NCBI GenBank assembly: GCA_051362555.1
Contig: CM120646.1
Span: 9,610,001 to 9,674,000 of the forward strand
From: Lingula anatina
Lineage: Eukaryota; Animalia; Brachiopoda
DNA: 64,000 nt
Direction: 5' to 3'
Position 1 is the stretch's first letter, and the number at the start of each line of letters is the position of its first letter. Position numbers and translations under genes: made by a program. Under the pieces are notes generated by a model. It was not told the DNA's origin and searched no databases. It saw only the letters and a list, made by a program, of their open reading frames with translations. This document shows positions 51,601 through 64,000 of this stretch, piece after piece.

Positions 51601-54600
51601 CTTTTGCAGTCTTCTCAGTGTTATTTTTAATTTTCTCAAATTTATTGTCCAAAAAAATCTTTTTAATGAGACACAGTTAACTGATGAGCTTATCACAGAT
51701 TTTTATTGTTGTTATGCATCATCTATCCAAATTTCACAAATATTAGACAAGATTTGTGAAAATTATTAAGGTTTAACTATTTTAAGCCATGGAATTTTGC
51801 AGTCTTTGCAATGTCATTTTCAGTTTTTTCACATTTATATGCTCTGAAAATTCTTTTTCATGAGACACATTCAACTGATGAGCTTATCACAGATTTTTAT
51901 TATAGTTAAGCATCATCTGTCCAAATTCCACAAATATTGGACAAGCTTTGTGAAAATTATTAACATTTAACTATTTTAAGGCACCGCATTTGGCAGTCTT
52001 TTCAATGTCGTTTTCAGTATTTCTCAAATTTATATGTTCTGAAAATATCCTTTTTATTTGACATAGTCAACTGTTTAGGTTAAGTTTATCAAAATTATTG
52101 TTCAACTATTTGAGTGTGGGAAATTTGTCAATTTTTAGAATTTAGTTTTCACTTTTATCAAACATATTGTTCTTTTTCCAGGTGACCTTTTCCATACAGC
52201 GTGATGGCTTTTTTGGTGAACTGATTCTTCCTGTCTGGTCAGGGCTAATTCCTATAGAAAAAACAGACAGCAAAAGACAACAGCAAGAGCAATGCTATGT
52301 CTCATCCATGTGTACAATATATGGTGTATGGCAAGTTTTAGGACATTGTCAAATGGTGTGTTAAACCTCAATTCCAGAAACCGATTGTAAGGAGGAATCT
52401 GCATCTGGTATTGGTAGTAAGGAGATGTCTTAAATGGGTATATATTCTTTTCCAGAGGAAAATCATGGGTAATTTGTCACCTCTTACACAAACAAACTCA
52501 AATCATAATATTTGATGTTTAATGTGAGTCTAATAAGATGTTGTGAAATTGAAAAAAAAAAGTAGATAATTCTCACTCTTCGCATACAAAATGTCAAACA
52601 ACTACAATTCTATCACATATTGTCAACTGTTAAGCTTATCACAGATTTTTCTTATTGCTAAGCATCATCTCTCCAAATTTCACAAATATTGAACAAGTTT
52701 TGTGAAAATTATTAATGTTTAACTATTTTAAGGCACCGCCTTTTGCAGTCTTCTCAGTGTTATTTTTAATTTTTTCAAACTTATTGTCCAAAAAAATCTT
52801 TTTAATGAGACACAGTCAACTGATGAGCTTATCACAGATTTTTATTGTTGTTATGCATCATCTATCCAAATTTCACAAATATTAGACAAGATTTGTGAAA
52901 ATTATTAACGTTTAACTATTTTAAGCCATGGAATTTTGCAGTCTTTGCAATGTCATTTTCAGTTTTTTCACATTTATATGCTCTGAAAATTCTTTTTCAT
53001 GAGACACATTCAACTGATGAGCTTATCACAGATTTTTATTATAGTTAAGCATCATCTGTCCAAATTCCACAAATATTGGACAAGCTTTGTGAAAATTATT
53101 AACATTTAACTATTTTAAGGCACCGCATTTGGCAGTCTTTTCAATGTCGTTTTCAGTATTTCTCAAATTTATATGTTCTGAAAATATCCTTTTTATTAGA
53201 CATAGTCAACTGTTTAGGTTAAGTTTATCAAAATTATTGTTCAACTATTTTAGTGTGGGAAATTTGTCAATTTTTAGAATTTAGTTTTCACTTTTATCAA
53301 ACATATTGTTCTTTTTCCAGGTGACCTTTTCCATACAGCGTGATGGCTTTTTTGGTGAACTGATTCTTCCTGTCTGGTCAGGGCTAATTCCTATAGAAAA
53401 AACAGACAGCAAAAGACAACAGCAAGAGCAATGCTATGTCTCATCCATGTGTACAATATATGGTGTATGGCAAGTTTTAGGACATTGTCAAATGGTGTGC
53501 TAAACCTCAATTCCAGAAACCGATTGTAAGGAGGAATCTGCATCTGGTATTGGTAGTAAGGAGATGTCTTAAATGGGTATATATTCTTTTCCAGAGGAAA
53601 ATTATGTTTAATTTGTCACCTCTTACACAAACAAACTCAAATCATAATATTTGATGTTTAATGTGAGTCTAATTAGATGTTATGAAATTGAAAAAAAAAT
53701 ATTTTAGATAATTCTCACTCTTCGCATACAAAATGTCAAACAACTACAATTCTGTCACACACTGTCAACTGTTAAACTTATCACAGATTTTTGTTATTGT
53801 TAAGCATCATCTCTCCAAATTTCACAAATATTGAACTTGTTTTCTGAAAATTATTAACGTTTAACTATTTTAAGCCATGGAATTTGGCAGTCGTTTCAGT
53901 GTTATTTTCAGTTTTCTCAAATTTATTGTCCAAAAAAAAACAAACTTTTTCATGAGACACAGTCAACGGATGAGCTTATCACAGATTTTTATTGTTGTTA
54001 TGCATCATTTATCCAAATTTCACAAATATTGAACAAGATTTGTGAAAATTATTAACGTTTAACTATTTTAAGGCACCACATTTTGCAGTCTTTTCAATGT
54101 CATTTTCAGTTTTCTCAATTTTATTGTCCAAAAAAACTTTTTCATGAGACACAGTCAACTGATGGGCTTATCACAGATTTTTATTGTTATTATGGATCAT
54201 CTATCCAAATTTCACAAATATTAGACAAGATTTGTGAAAATTATTAACGTTTAACTATTTTAAGCCATGGAATTTGGCAGTCGTTTCAGTGTTATTTTCA
54301 GTTTTCTCAAATTAATTGTCCAAAAAAAAAAAAAACTTTTTCATGAGACACAGTCAACTGATGAGCTTATCACAGATTTTTATTGTTGTTATGCATCATC
54401 TATCCAAATTTCACAAATATTAGACAAGATTTGTAAAAATTATTAACGTTAAACTATTTTAAGCCATGGAATGTGGCAGTCGTTTCAGTGTTATTTTCAG
54501 TTTTCTCAAATTTATTGTCCAAAAAAAAAACTTTTTCATGAGACACAGTCAACTGATGAGCTTATCATAGATTTTTATTGTTATTATGCATCATCTATCC

Positions 54601-57600
54601 AAATTTCACAAATATTAGACAAGATTTGTGAAAATTATTAACGTTTAACTATTTTAAGCCATGGAATTTTGCAGTCTTTGCAATGTCATTTTCAGTTTTT
54701 GCACATTTATATGCTCTGAACATTCTTTTTCATGAGACACATTCAACTGATGAGCTTATCACAGATTTTTATTATAGTTAAGCATCATCTGTCCAAATTC
54801 CACAAATATTCGACAAGCTTTGTGAAAATTATTAACATTTAACTATTTTAAGGCACCGCATTTGGCAGTCTTTTCAATGTCATTTTCAGTATTTCTCAAA
54901 TTTATATGTTCTGAAAATATCCTTTTTATTAGACATAGTCAACTGTTTAGGTTAAGTTTATCAAAATTATTGTTCAACTATTTTAGTGTGGGAAATTTGT
55001 CAATTTTTAGAATTTAGTTTTCACTTTTATCAAACATATTGTTCTTTTTCCAGGTGACCTTTTCCATACAGCGTGATGGCTTTTTTGGTGAACTGATTCT
55101 TCCTGTCTGGTCAAGGCTAATTCCTATAGAAAAAACAGACAGCAAAAGACAACAGCAAGAGCAATGCTATGTCTCATCCATGTGTACAATATATGGTGTA
55201 TGGCAAGTTTTAGGACATTGTCAAATGGTGTGCTAAACCTCAATTCCAGAAACCGATTGTAAGGAGGAATCTGCATCTGGTATTGGTAGTAAGGAGATGT
55301 CTTAAATGGGTATATATTCTTTTCCAGAGGAAAATTATGGGTAATTTGTCACCTCTTACACAAACAAACTCAAATCATAATATTTGATGTTTAATGTGAG
55401 TCTACTTAGATGTTGTGAAATTGAAAAAAAAAAATATTGTAGATAATTCTCACTCTTCGCATACAAAATGTCAAACAACTACAATTCTAACACACACTGT
55501 CAACTGTTAAACTTATCACAGATTTTTGTTATTGTTAAGCATCATCTCTCCAAATTTCACAAATATTGAACAAGTTTTGTGAAAATTATTAACGTTTAAC
55601 TATTTTAAGGCACCGCCTTTTGTAGTCTTCTCAGTGTTATTTTCAATTTTCTCAAATTTATTGTCCAAAAAAATCTTTTTAATGAGACACAGTCAACTGA
55701 TGAGCTTATCACAGATTTTTATTGTTGTAATACATCATCTATCCAAATTTCACAAATATTAGACAAGATTTGTGAAAATGATTAAGGTTTAACTATTTTA
55801 TACCATGGAATTTGGCAGTCTTTTCAGTGTCATTTTCAGTTTTGTCACATTTATATGCTCTGAACATTCTTTATCATGAGACACATTCAATGGATGAGCT
55901 TATCACAGATTTTTATTATTGTTATGCATCATCTGTCCAAATTTCACAAATATTGAACAAGATTTGTGAAAATTATTAACGTTTAACTATTTTAAGGCAC
56001 CACATTTTGCAGTCTTTTCAATGTTATTTTCAGTTTTCTCAAATTTATTGTCCAAAAAAAAAACTTTTTCATGAGACACAGTCAACTGATGAGCTTATCA
56101 TAGATTTTTATTGTTATTATGCATCATCTATCTAAATTTCACAAATATTAGACAAGATTTGTGAAAATTATTAACGTTTAACTATTTTAAGCCATGGAAT
56201 TTTGCAGTCTTTGCAATGTCATTTTCAGTTTTTTCACATTTATATGCTCTGAAAATTCTTTTTCATGAGACACATTCAACTGATGAGCTTATCACAGATT
56301 TTTATTATAGTTAAGCATCATCTCTCCAAATTTCACAAATATTGAACAAGTTTTGTGAAAATTATTAACGTTTAACTATTTTAAGGCACCGCCTTTTGTA
56401 GTCTTCTCAGTGTTATTTTCAATTTTCTCAAATTTATTGTCCAAAAAAATCTTTTTAATGAGACACAGTCAACTGATGAGCTTATCACAGATTTTTATTG
56501 TTGTAATGCATCATCTATCCAAATTTCACAAATATTAGACAAGATTTGTGAAAATGATTAAGGTTTAACTATTTTATACCATGGAATTTGGCAGTCTTTT
56601 CAGTGTCATTTTCAGTTTTGTCACATTTATATGCTCTGAACATTCTTTATCATGAGACACATTCAATGGATGAGCTTATCACAGATTTTTATTATTGTTA
56701 TGCATCATCTGTCCAAATTTCACAAATATTGAACAAGATTTGTGAAAATTATTAACGTTTAACTATTTTTAGGCACCACATTTTGCAGTCTTTTCAATGT
56801 CATTTTCAGTTTTCTCAATTTTATTGTCCAAAAAAACTTTTTCATGAGACACAGTCAACTGATGGGCTTATCACAGATTTTTATTGTTATTATGCATCAT
56901 CTATCCAAATTTTACAAATATTAGACAAGATTTGTGAAAATTATTAACGTTTAACTATTTTAAGCCATGGAATTTGGCAGTCGTTTCAGTGTTATTTTCA
57001 GTTTTCTCAAATTTATTGTCCAAAAAAACAAACTTTTTCATGAGACACAGTCAACTGATGAGCTTATCACAGATTTTTATTGTTGTTGTGCATCATCTAT
57101 CCAAATTTCACAAATATTAGACAAGATTTGTAAAAATTATTAACGTTTAACTATTTTAAGCCATGGAATGTGGCAGTCGTTTCAGTGTTATTTTCAGTTT
57201 TCTCAAATTTATTGTCCAAAAAAAAAAACTTTTTCATGAGACACAGTCAACTGATGAGCTTATCATAGATTTTTATTGTTATTATGCATCATCTATCCAA
57301 ATTTCACAAATATTAGACAAGATTTGTGAAAATTATTAACGTTTAACTATTTTAAGCCATGGAATTTTGCAGTCTTTGCAATGTCATTTTCAGTTTTTGC
57401 ACATTTATATGCTCTGAACATTCTTTTTCATGAGACACATTCAACTGATGAGCTTATCACAGATTTTTATTATAGTTAAGCATCATCTGTCCAAATTCCA
57501 CAAATATTCGACAAGCTTTGTGAAAATTATTAACATTTAACTATTTTAAGGCACCGCATTTGGCAGTCTTTTCAATGTCATTTTCAGTATTTCTCAAATT

Positions 57601-60600
57601 TATATGTTCTGAAAATATCCTTTTTATTAGACATAGTCAACTGTTTAGGTTAAGTTTATCAAAATTATTGTTCAACTATTTTAGTGTGGGAAATTTGTCA
57701 ATTTTTAGAATTTAGTTTTCACTTTTATCAAACATATTGTTCTTTTTCCAGGTGACCTTTTCCATACAGCGTGATGGCTTTTTTGGTGAACTGATTCTTC
57801 CTGTCTGGTCAAGGCTAATTCCTATAGAAAAAACAGACAGCAAAAGACAACAGCAAGAGCAATGCTATGTCTCATCCATGTGTACAATATATGGTGTATG
57901 GCAAGTTTTAGGACATTGTCAAATGGTGTGCTAAACCTCAATTCCAGAAACCGATTGTAAGGAGGAATCTGCATCTGGTATTGGTAGTAAGGAGATGTCT
58001 TAAATGGGTATATATTCTTTTCCAGAGGAAAATTATGGGTAATTTGTCACCTCTTACACAAACAAACTCAAATCATAATATTTGATGTTTAATGTGAGTC
58101 TACTTAGATGTTGTGAAATTGAAAAAAAAAAATATTGTAGATAATTCTCACTCTTCGCATACAAAATGTCAAACAACTACAATTCTAACACACACTGTCA
58201 ACTGTTAAACTTATCACAGATTTTTGTTATTGTTAAGCATCATCTCTCCAAATTTCACAAATATTGAACAAGTTTTGTGAAAATTATTAACGTTTAACTA
58301 TTTTAAGGCACCGCCTTTTGTAGTCTTCTCAGTGTTATTTTCAATTTTCTCAAATTTATTGTCCAAAAAAATCTTTTTAATGAGACACAGTCAACTGATG
58401 AGCTTATCACAGATTTTTATTGTTGTAATACATCATCTATCCAAATTTCACAAATATTAGACAAGATTTGTGAAAATGATTAAGGTTTAACTATTTTATA
58501 CCATGGAATTTGGCAGTCTTTTCAGTGTCATTTTCAGTTTTGTCACATTTATATGCTCTGAACATTCTTTATCATGAGACACATTCAATGGATGAGCTTA
58601 TCACAGATTTTTATTATTGTTATGCATCATCTGTCCAAATTTCACAAATATTGAACAAGATTTGTGAAAATTATTAACGTTTAACTATTTTAAGGCACCA
58701 CATTTTGCAGTCTTTTCAATGTTATTTTCAGTTTTCTCAAATTTATTGTCCAAAAAAAAAACTTTTTCATGAGACACAGTCAACTGATGAGCTTATCATA
58801 GATTTTTATTGTTATTATGCATCATCTATCTAAATTTCACAAATATTAGACAAGATTTGTGAAAATTATTAACGTTTAACTATTTTAAGCCATGGAATTT
58901 TGCAGTCTTTGCAATGTCATTTTCAGTTTTTGCACATTTATATGCTCTGAACATTCTTTTTCATGAGACACATTCAACTGATGAGCTTATCACAGATTTT
59001 TGTTATTGCTAAGCATCATCTCTCCAAATTTCACAAATATTGAACAAGTTTTGTGAAAATTATTAATGTTTAACTATTTTAAGGCACCGCCTTTTGCAGT
59101 CTTCTCAGTGTTATTTTTAATTTTTTCAAACTTATTGTCCAAAAAAATCTTTTTAATGAGACACAGTCAACTGATGAGCTTATCACAGATTTTTATTGTT
59201 GTTATGCATCATCTATCCAAATTTCACAAATATTAGACAAGATTTGTGAAAATTATTAACGTTTAACTATTTTAAGCCATGGAATTTTGCAGTCTTTGCA
59301 ATGTCATTTTCAGTTTTTTCACATTTATATGCTCTGAAAATTCTTTTTCATGAGACACATTCAACTGATGAGCTTATCACAGATTTTTATTATAGTTAAG
59401 CATCATCTCTCCAAATTCCACAAATATTAGACGAGATTTGTGAAAATTATTAACATTTAACTATTTTAAGGCACCGCATTTGGCAGTCTTTTCAATGTCA
59501 TTTTCAGTATTTCTCAAATTTATATGTTCTGAAAATATCCTTTTTATTTGACATAGTCAACTGTTTAGGTTAAGTTTATCAAAATTATTGTTCAACTATT
59601 TAAGTGTGGGGAAATTGTTAATTTTTAGAATTTAATTTTCACTTTTATCAAACATATTGTTCTTTTTCCAGGTGACCTTTTCCATACAGCATGATGGCTT
59701 TTTTGGTGAACTGATTCTTCCTGTCTGGTCAGGGCTAATTCCTATAGAAAAAACAGACAGTGAAAGGCAATAGCAAGAGCAATGCTATGTCTCATCCATG
59801 TGTACAATAGATGGCATATGGCAAGCTTTAGGACATTGTCAAATGGTGTGCTAAACCCTATTCCAGAAACCGATTGTAAGGAGGAATCTGCATCTGGTAT
59901 TGGTAGTAAGGAGATGTCTTAAATGGGTATATATTCTTTTCCAGAGGACAATTATGGGTAATTTGTCACCTCTTACACAAACAAACTCAAATCATAATAT
60001 TTGATGTTTAATGTGAGTCTAATTACATGTTGTGAAATTGAAAAAAAAAATGTAGATAATTCTCACTCTTCGCATAAAAAATGTCAAAGAACTACAATTC
60101 TATCACATACTGTCAACTGTTAAGCTTATCACAGATTTTTGTTATTTCTAAGCATCATCTGTCCAAATTTCACAAATATTGAACAAGTTTTGTGAAAATA
60201 ATTAACGTTTAACTATTTTAAGGCACCGCCTTTTGCAGTCTTCTCAGTGTTATTTTTAATTTTCTCAAATTTATTGTCCAAAAAAATCTTTTTAACGAGA
60301 CACAGTCAACTGATGAGCTTATCACAGATTTTTATTGTTGTTATGCATCATCTATCCAAATTTCACAAATATTAGACAAGATTTGTGAAAATTATTAACG
60401 TTTAACTATTTTAAGCCATGGAATTTTGCAGTCTTTGCAATGTCATTTTCAGTTTTTTCACATTTATATGCTCTGAAAATTCTTTTTCATGAGACACAAT
60501 CAACTGATGAGCTTATCACAGATTTTTATTATAGTTAAGCATCATCTCTCCAAATTCCACAAATATTGGACAAGCTTTGTGAAAATTATTAACATTTAAC

Positions 60601-63600
60601 TATTTTAAGGCACCGCATTTGGCAGTCTTTTCAATGTCATTTTCAGTATTTCTCAAATTTATATGTTCTGAAAATATCCTTTTTATTAGACATAGTCAAC
60701 TGTTTAGGTTAAGTTTATCAAAATTATTGTTCAACTATTTTAGTGTGGGAAATTTGTCAATTTTTAGAATTTAGTTTTCACTTTTATCAAACATATTGTT
60801 CTTTTTCCAGGTGACCTTTTCCATACAGCATGATGGCTTTTTTGGTGAACTGATTCTTCCTGTCTGGTCAGGGCTAATTCCTATAGAAAAAACAGACAGC
60901 AAAAGACAACAGCAAGAGCAATGCTATGTCTCATCCATGTGTACAATATATGGTGTATGGCAAGTTTTAGGACATTGTCAAATGGTGTGCTAAACCTCAA
61001 TTCCAGAAACCGATTGTAAGGAGGAATCTGCATCTGGTATTGGTAGTAAGGAGATGTCTTAAATGGGTATATATTCTTTTCCAGAGGACAATTATGGGTA
61101 ATTTGTCACCTCTTACACAAACAAACTCAAATCATAATATTTGATGTTTAATGTGAGTCTAATAAGATGTTATGAAATTGAAAAAAAAATATTTTAGATA
61201 ATTCTCACTCTTCGCATACAAAATGTCAAACAACTACAATTCTGTCACACACTGTCAACTGTTAACTTATCACAGATTTTTGTTATTGTTAAGCATCATC
61301 TCTCCAAATTTCACAAATATTGAACTTGTTTTCTGAAAATTATTAACGTTTAACTATTTTAAGCCATGGAATTTGGCAGTCGTTTCAGTGTTATTTTCAG
61401 TTTTCTCAAATTTATTGTCCAAAAAAATCTTTTTAATGAGACACAGTCAACTGATGAGCTTATCACAGATTTTTATTGTTGTAATGCATCATCTATCCAA
61501 ATTTCACAAATATTAGACAAGATTTGTGAAAATGATTAAGGTTTAACTATTTTATACCATGGAATTTGGCAGTCTTTTCAGTGTCATTTTCAGTTTTGTC
61601 ACATTTATATGCTCTGAACATTCTTTATCATGAGACACATTCAATGGATGAGCTTATCACAGATTTTTATTATTGTTATGCATCATCTGTCCAAATTTCA
61701 CAAATATTGAACAAGATTTGTGAAAATTATTAACGTTTAACTATTTTAAGGCACCACATTTTGCAGTCTTTTCAATGTCATTTTCAGTTTTCTCAATTTT
61801 ATTGTCCAAAAAAACTTTTTCATGAGACACAGTCAACTGATGGGCTTATCACAGATTTTTATTGTTATTATGCATCATCTATCCAAATTTCACAAATATT
61901 AGACAAGATTTGTGAAAATTATTAACGTTTAACTATTTTAAGCCATGGAATTTGGCAGTCGTTTCAGTGTTATTTTCAGTTTTCTCAAATTTATTGTCCA
62001 AAAAAAAAAACTTTTTCATGAGACACAGTCAACTGATGAGCTTATCACAGATTTTTATTGTTGTTGTGCATCATCTATCCAAATTTCACAAATATTAGAC
62101 AAGATTTGTAAGAATTATTAACGTTTAACTATTTTAAGCCATGGAATGTGGCAGTCGTTTCAGTGTTATTTTCAGTTTTCCTATAGAAAAAACAGACAGT
62201 GAAAGGCAATAGCAAGAGCAATGCTATGTCTCATCCATGTGTACAATAGATGGCATATGGCAAGCTTTAGGACATTGTCAAATGGTGTGCTAAACCCTAT
62301 TCCAGAAACCGATTGTAAGGAGGAATCTGCATCTGGTATTGGTAGTAAGGAGATGTCTTAAATGGGTATATATTCTTTTCCAGAGGACAATTATGGGTAA
62401 TTTGTCACCTCTTACACAAACAAACTCAAATCATAATATTTGATGTTTAATGTGAGTCTAATTACATGTTGTGAAATTGAAAAAAAAAATGTAGATAATT
62501 CTCACTCTTCGCATACAAAATGTCAAACAACTACAATTCTATCACATACTGTCAACTGTTAAGCTTATCACAGATTTTTGTTATTTCTAAGCATCATCTG
62601 TCCAAATTTCACAAATATTGAACAAGTTTTGTGAAAATAATTAACGTTTAACTATTTTAAGGCACCGCCTTTTGCAGTCTTCTCAGTGTTATTTTTAATT
62701 TTCTCAAATTTATTGTCCAAAAAAATCTTTTTAACGAGACACAGTCAACTGATGAGCTTATCACAGATTTTTATTGTTGTTATGCATCATCTATCCAAAT
62801 TTCACAATATATAGTGTATGGCAAGTTTTAGGACATTGTCAAATGGTGTGCTAAACCTCAATTCCAGAAACCGATTGTAAGGAGGAATCTGCATCTGGTA
62901 TTGGTAGTAAGGAGATGTGAAAATTATTAACGTTTAACTATTTTAGTACACTACATATTGCAGCTTATCACAGATTTTTATTGTTATTATGCATCATCTA
63001 TCCAAATTTCACAAATATTAGACAAGATTTGTGAAAATTATTAACGTTTAACTATTTTAAGCCATGGAATTTTGCAGTCTTTGCAATGTCATTTTCAGTT
63101 TTTGCACATTTATATGCTCTGAACATTCTTTTTCATGAGACACATTCAACTGATGAGCTTATCACAGATTTTTATTATAGTTAAGCATCATCTGTCCAAA
63201 TTCCACAAATATTCGACAAGCTTTGTGAAAATTATTAACATTTAACTATTTTAAGGCACCGCATTTGGCAGTCTTTTCAATGTCATTTTCAGTATTTCTC
63301 AAATTTATATGTTCTGAAAATATCCTTTTTATTAGACATAGTCAACTGTTTAGGTTAAGTTTATCAAAATTATTGTTCAACTATTTTAGTGTGGGAAATT
63401 TGTCAATTTTTAGAATTTAGTTTTCACTTTTATCAAACATATTGTTCTTTTTCCAGGTGACCTTTTCCATACAGCGTGATGGCTTTTTTGGTGAACTGAT
63501 TCTTCCTGTCTGGTCAAGGCTAATTCCTATAGAAAAAACAGACAGCAAAAGACAACAGCAAGAGCAATGCTATGTCTCATCCATGTGTACAATATATAGT

Positions 63601-64000
63601 GTATGGCAAGTTTTAGGACATTGTCAAATGGTGTGCTAAACCTCAATTCCAGAAACCGATTGTAAGGAGGAATCTGCATCTGGTATTGGTAGTAAGGAGA
63701 TGTCTTAAATGGGTATATATTCTTTTCCAGAGGAAAATTATGGGTAATTTGTCACCTCTTACACAAACAAACTCAAATCATAATATTTGATGTTTAATGT
63801 GAGTCTAATTACATGTTGTGAAATTGAAAAAAAAAATGTAGATAATTCTCACTCTTCGCATACAAAATGTCAAACAACTACAATTCTATCACATACTGTC
63901 AACTGTTAAGCTTATCACAGATTTTTGTTATTTCTAAGCATCATCTGTCCAAATTTCACAAATATTGAACAAGTTTTGTGAAAATAATTAACGTTTAACT

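Larger units (their letters stand above)
7860..64000. repeat. Compound tandem array (macrosatellite): ~560-bp core plus a variable number of ~193-bp monomers; runs off the window end
   Basis: Core landmark TTGTTCTTTTTCCAGGTGACC, or a close variant, at ~8020, 9550, 18379, ~19518, 20847, 22133, 23388, 24643, 26562, 27701, 28962, 30657, 31794, 33058, 34554, 35692, 36956, 38214, 40137, 41274, 42530, 44451, 45398, 46540, 47487, 48625, 49887, 51026, 52167, 53306, 55039, 57737, 59657, 60796, 63442, with partial cores at ~62181 and ~62805. All are in the same orientation. Confidence 0.97.

Noticed and set aside
9550-63639. Recurring 65-aa ORF MFFFQVTFSIQRDG... as a tandem gene family
   Set aside because: It starts at TTG/GTG rather than ATG, is broken by a stop in all B-type cores and by a frameshift at 24643, has variable ends (65, 88, 109 aa), and resembles no domain I know. 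Its recurrence just follows the DNA repeat.
17531-64000. CRISPR-like repeat-spacer array
   Set aside because: Repeats are hundreds of bp long, the intervening segments are tandem monomers rather than unique spacers, there are no cas genes, and the context is eukaryotic.

Overview
AT-rich eukaryotic DNA, probably from an animal. One nested element resembles repeats I recall from teleost fish, but that is recollection rather than a search result. I cannot confidently call any intact protein-coding gene, RNA gene or CRISPR array, and nearly all ORFs in the track are by-products of repeats. The window has two parts. (1) 1-~7.7 kb is a nest of non-autonomous transposons: a PIF/Harbinger-like TIR element (408-4520, TTA TSD) whose left TIR is split by two head-to-tail copies of a Helentron-type (HINE/DINE-1-like) element, a third HINE copy (4897-7052), and short unique stretches with possible decayed minus-strand exons. 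(2) ~7.9 kb to the window end is a compound tandem array of 35 complete and 2 partial copies of a ~560-bp core, each separated by 2-11 copies of a ~193-bp dyad-rich monomer. It shows local higher-order duplications, two interleaved core haplotypes, a fold-back palindrome and microhomology junctions. The left edge of the array (10.4-17.5 kb) is invaded by a 964-bp MITE with 110-bp TIRs and a 5-bp TSD and by two more HINE copies, one carrying a smaller HINE inside it. The remaining ~46 kb shows no insertions. The best candidates for something undescribed are the array architecture and the repeat families, not a protein-based system.
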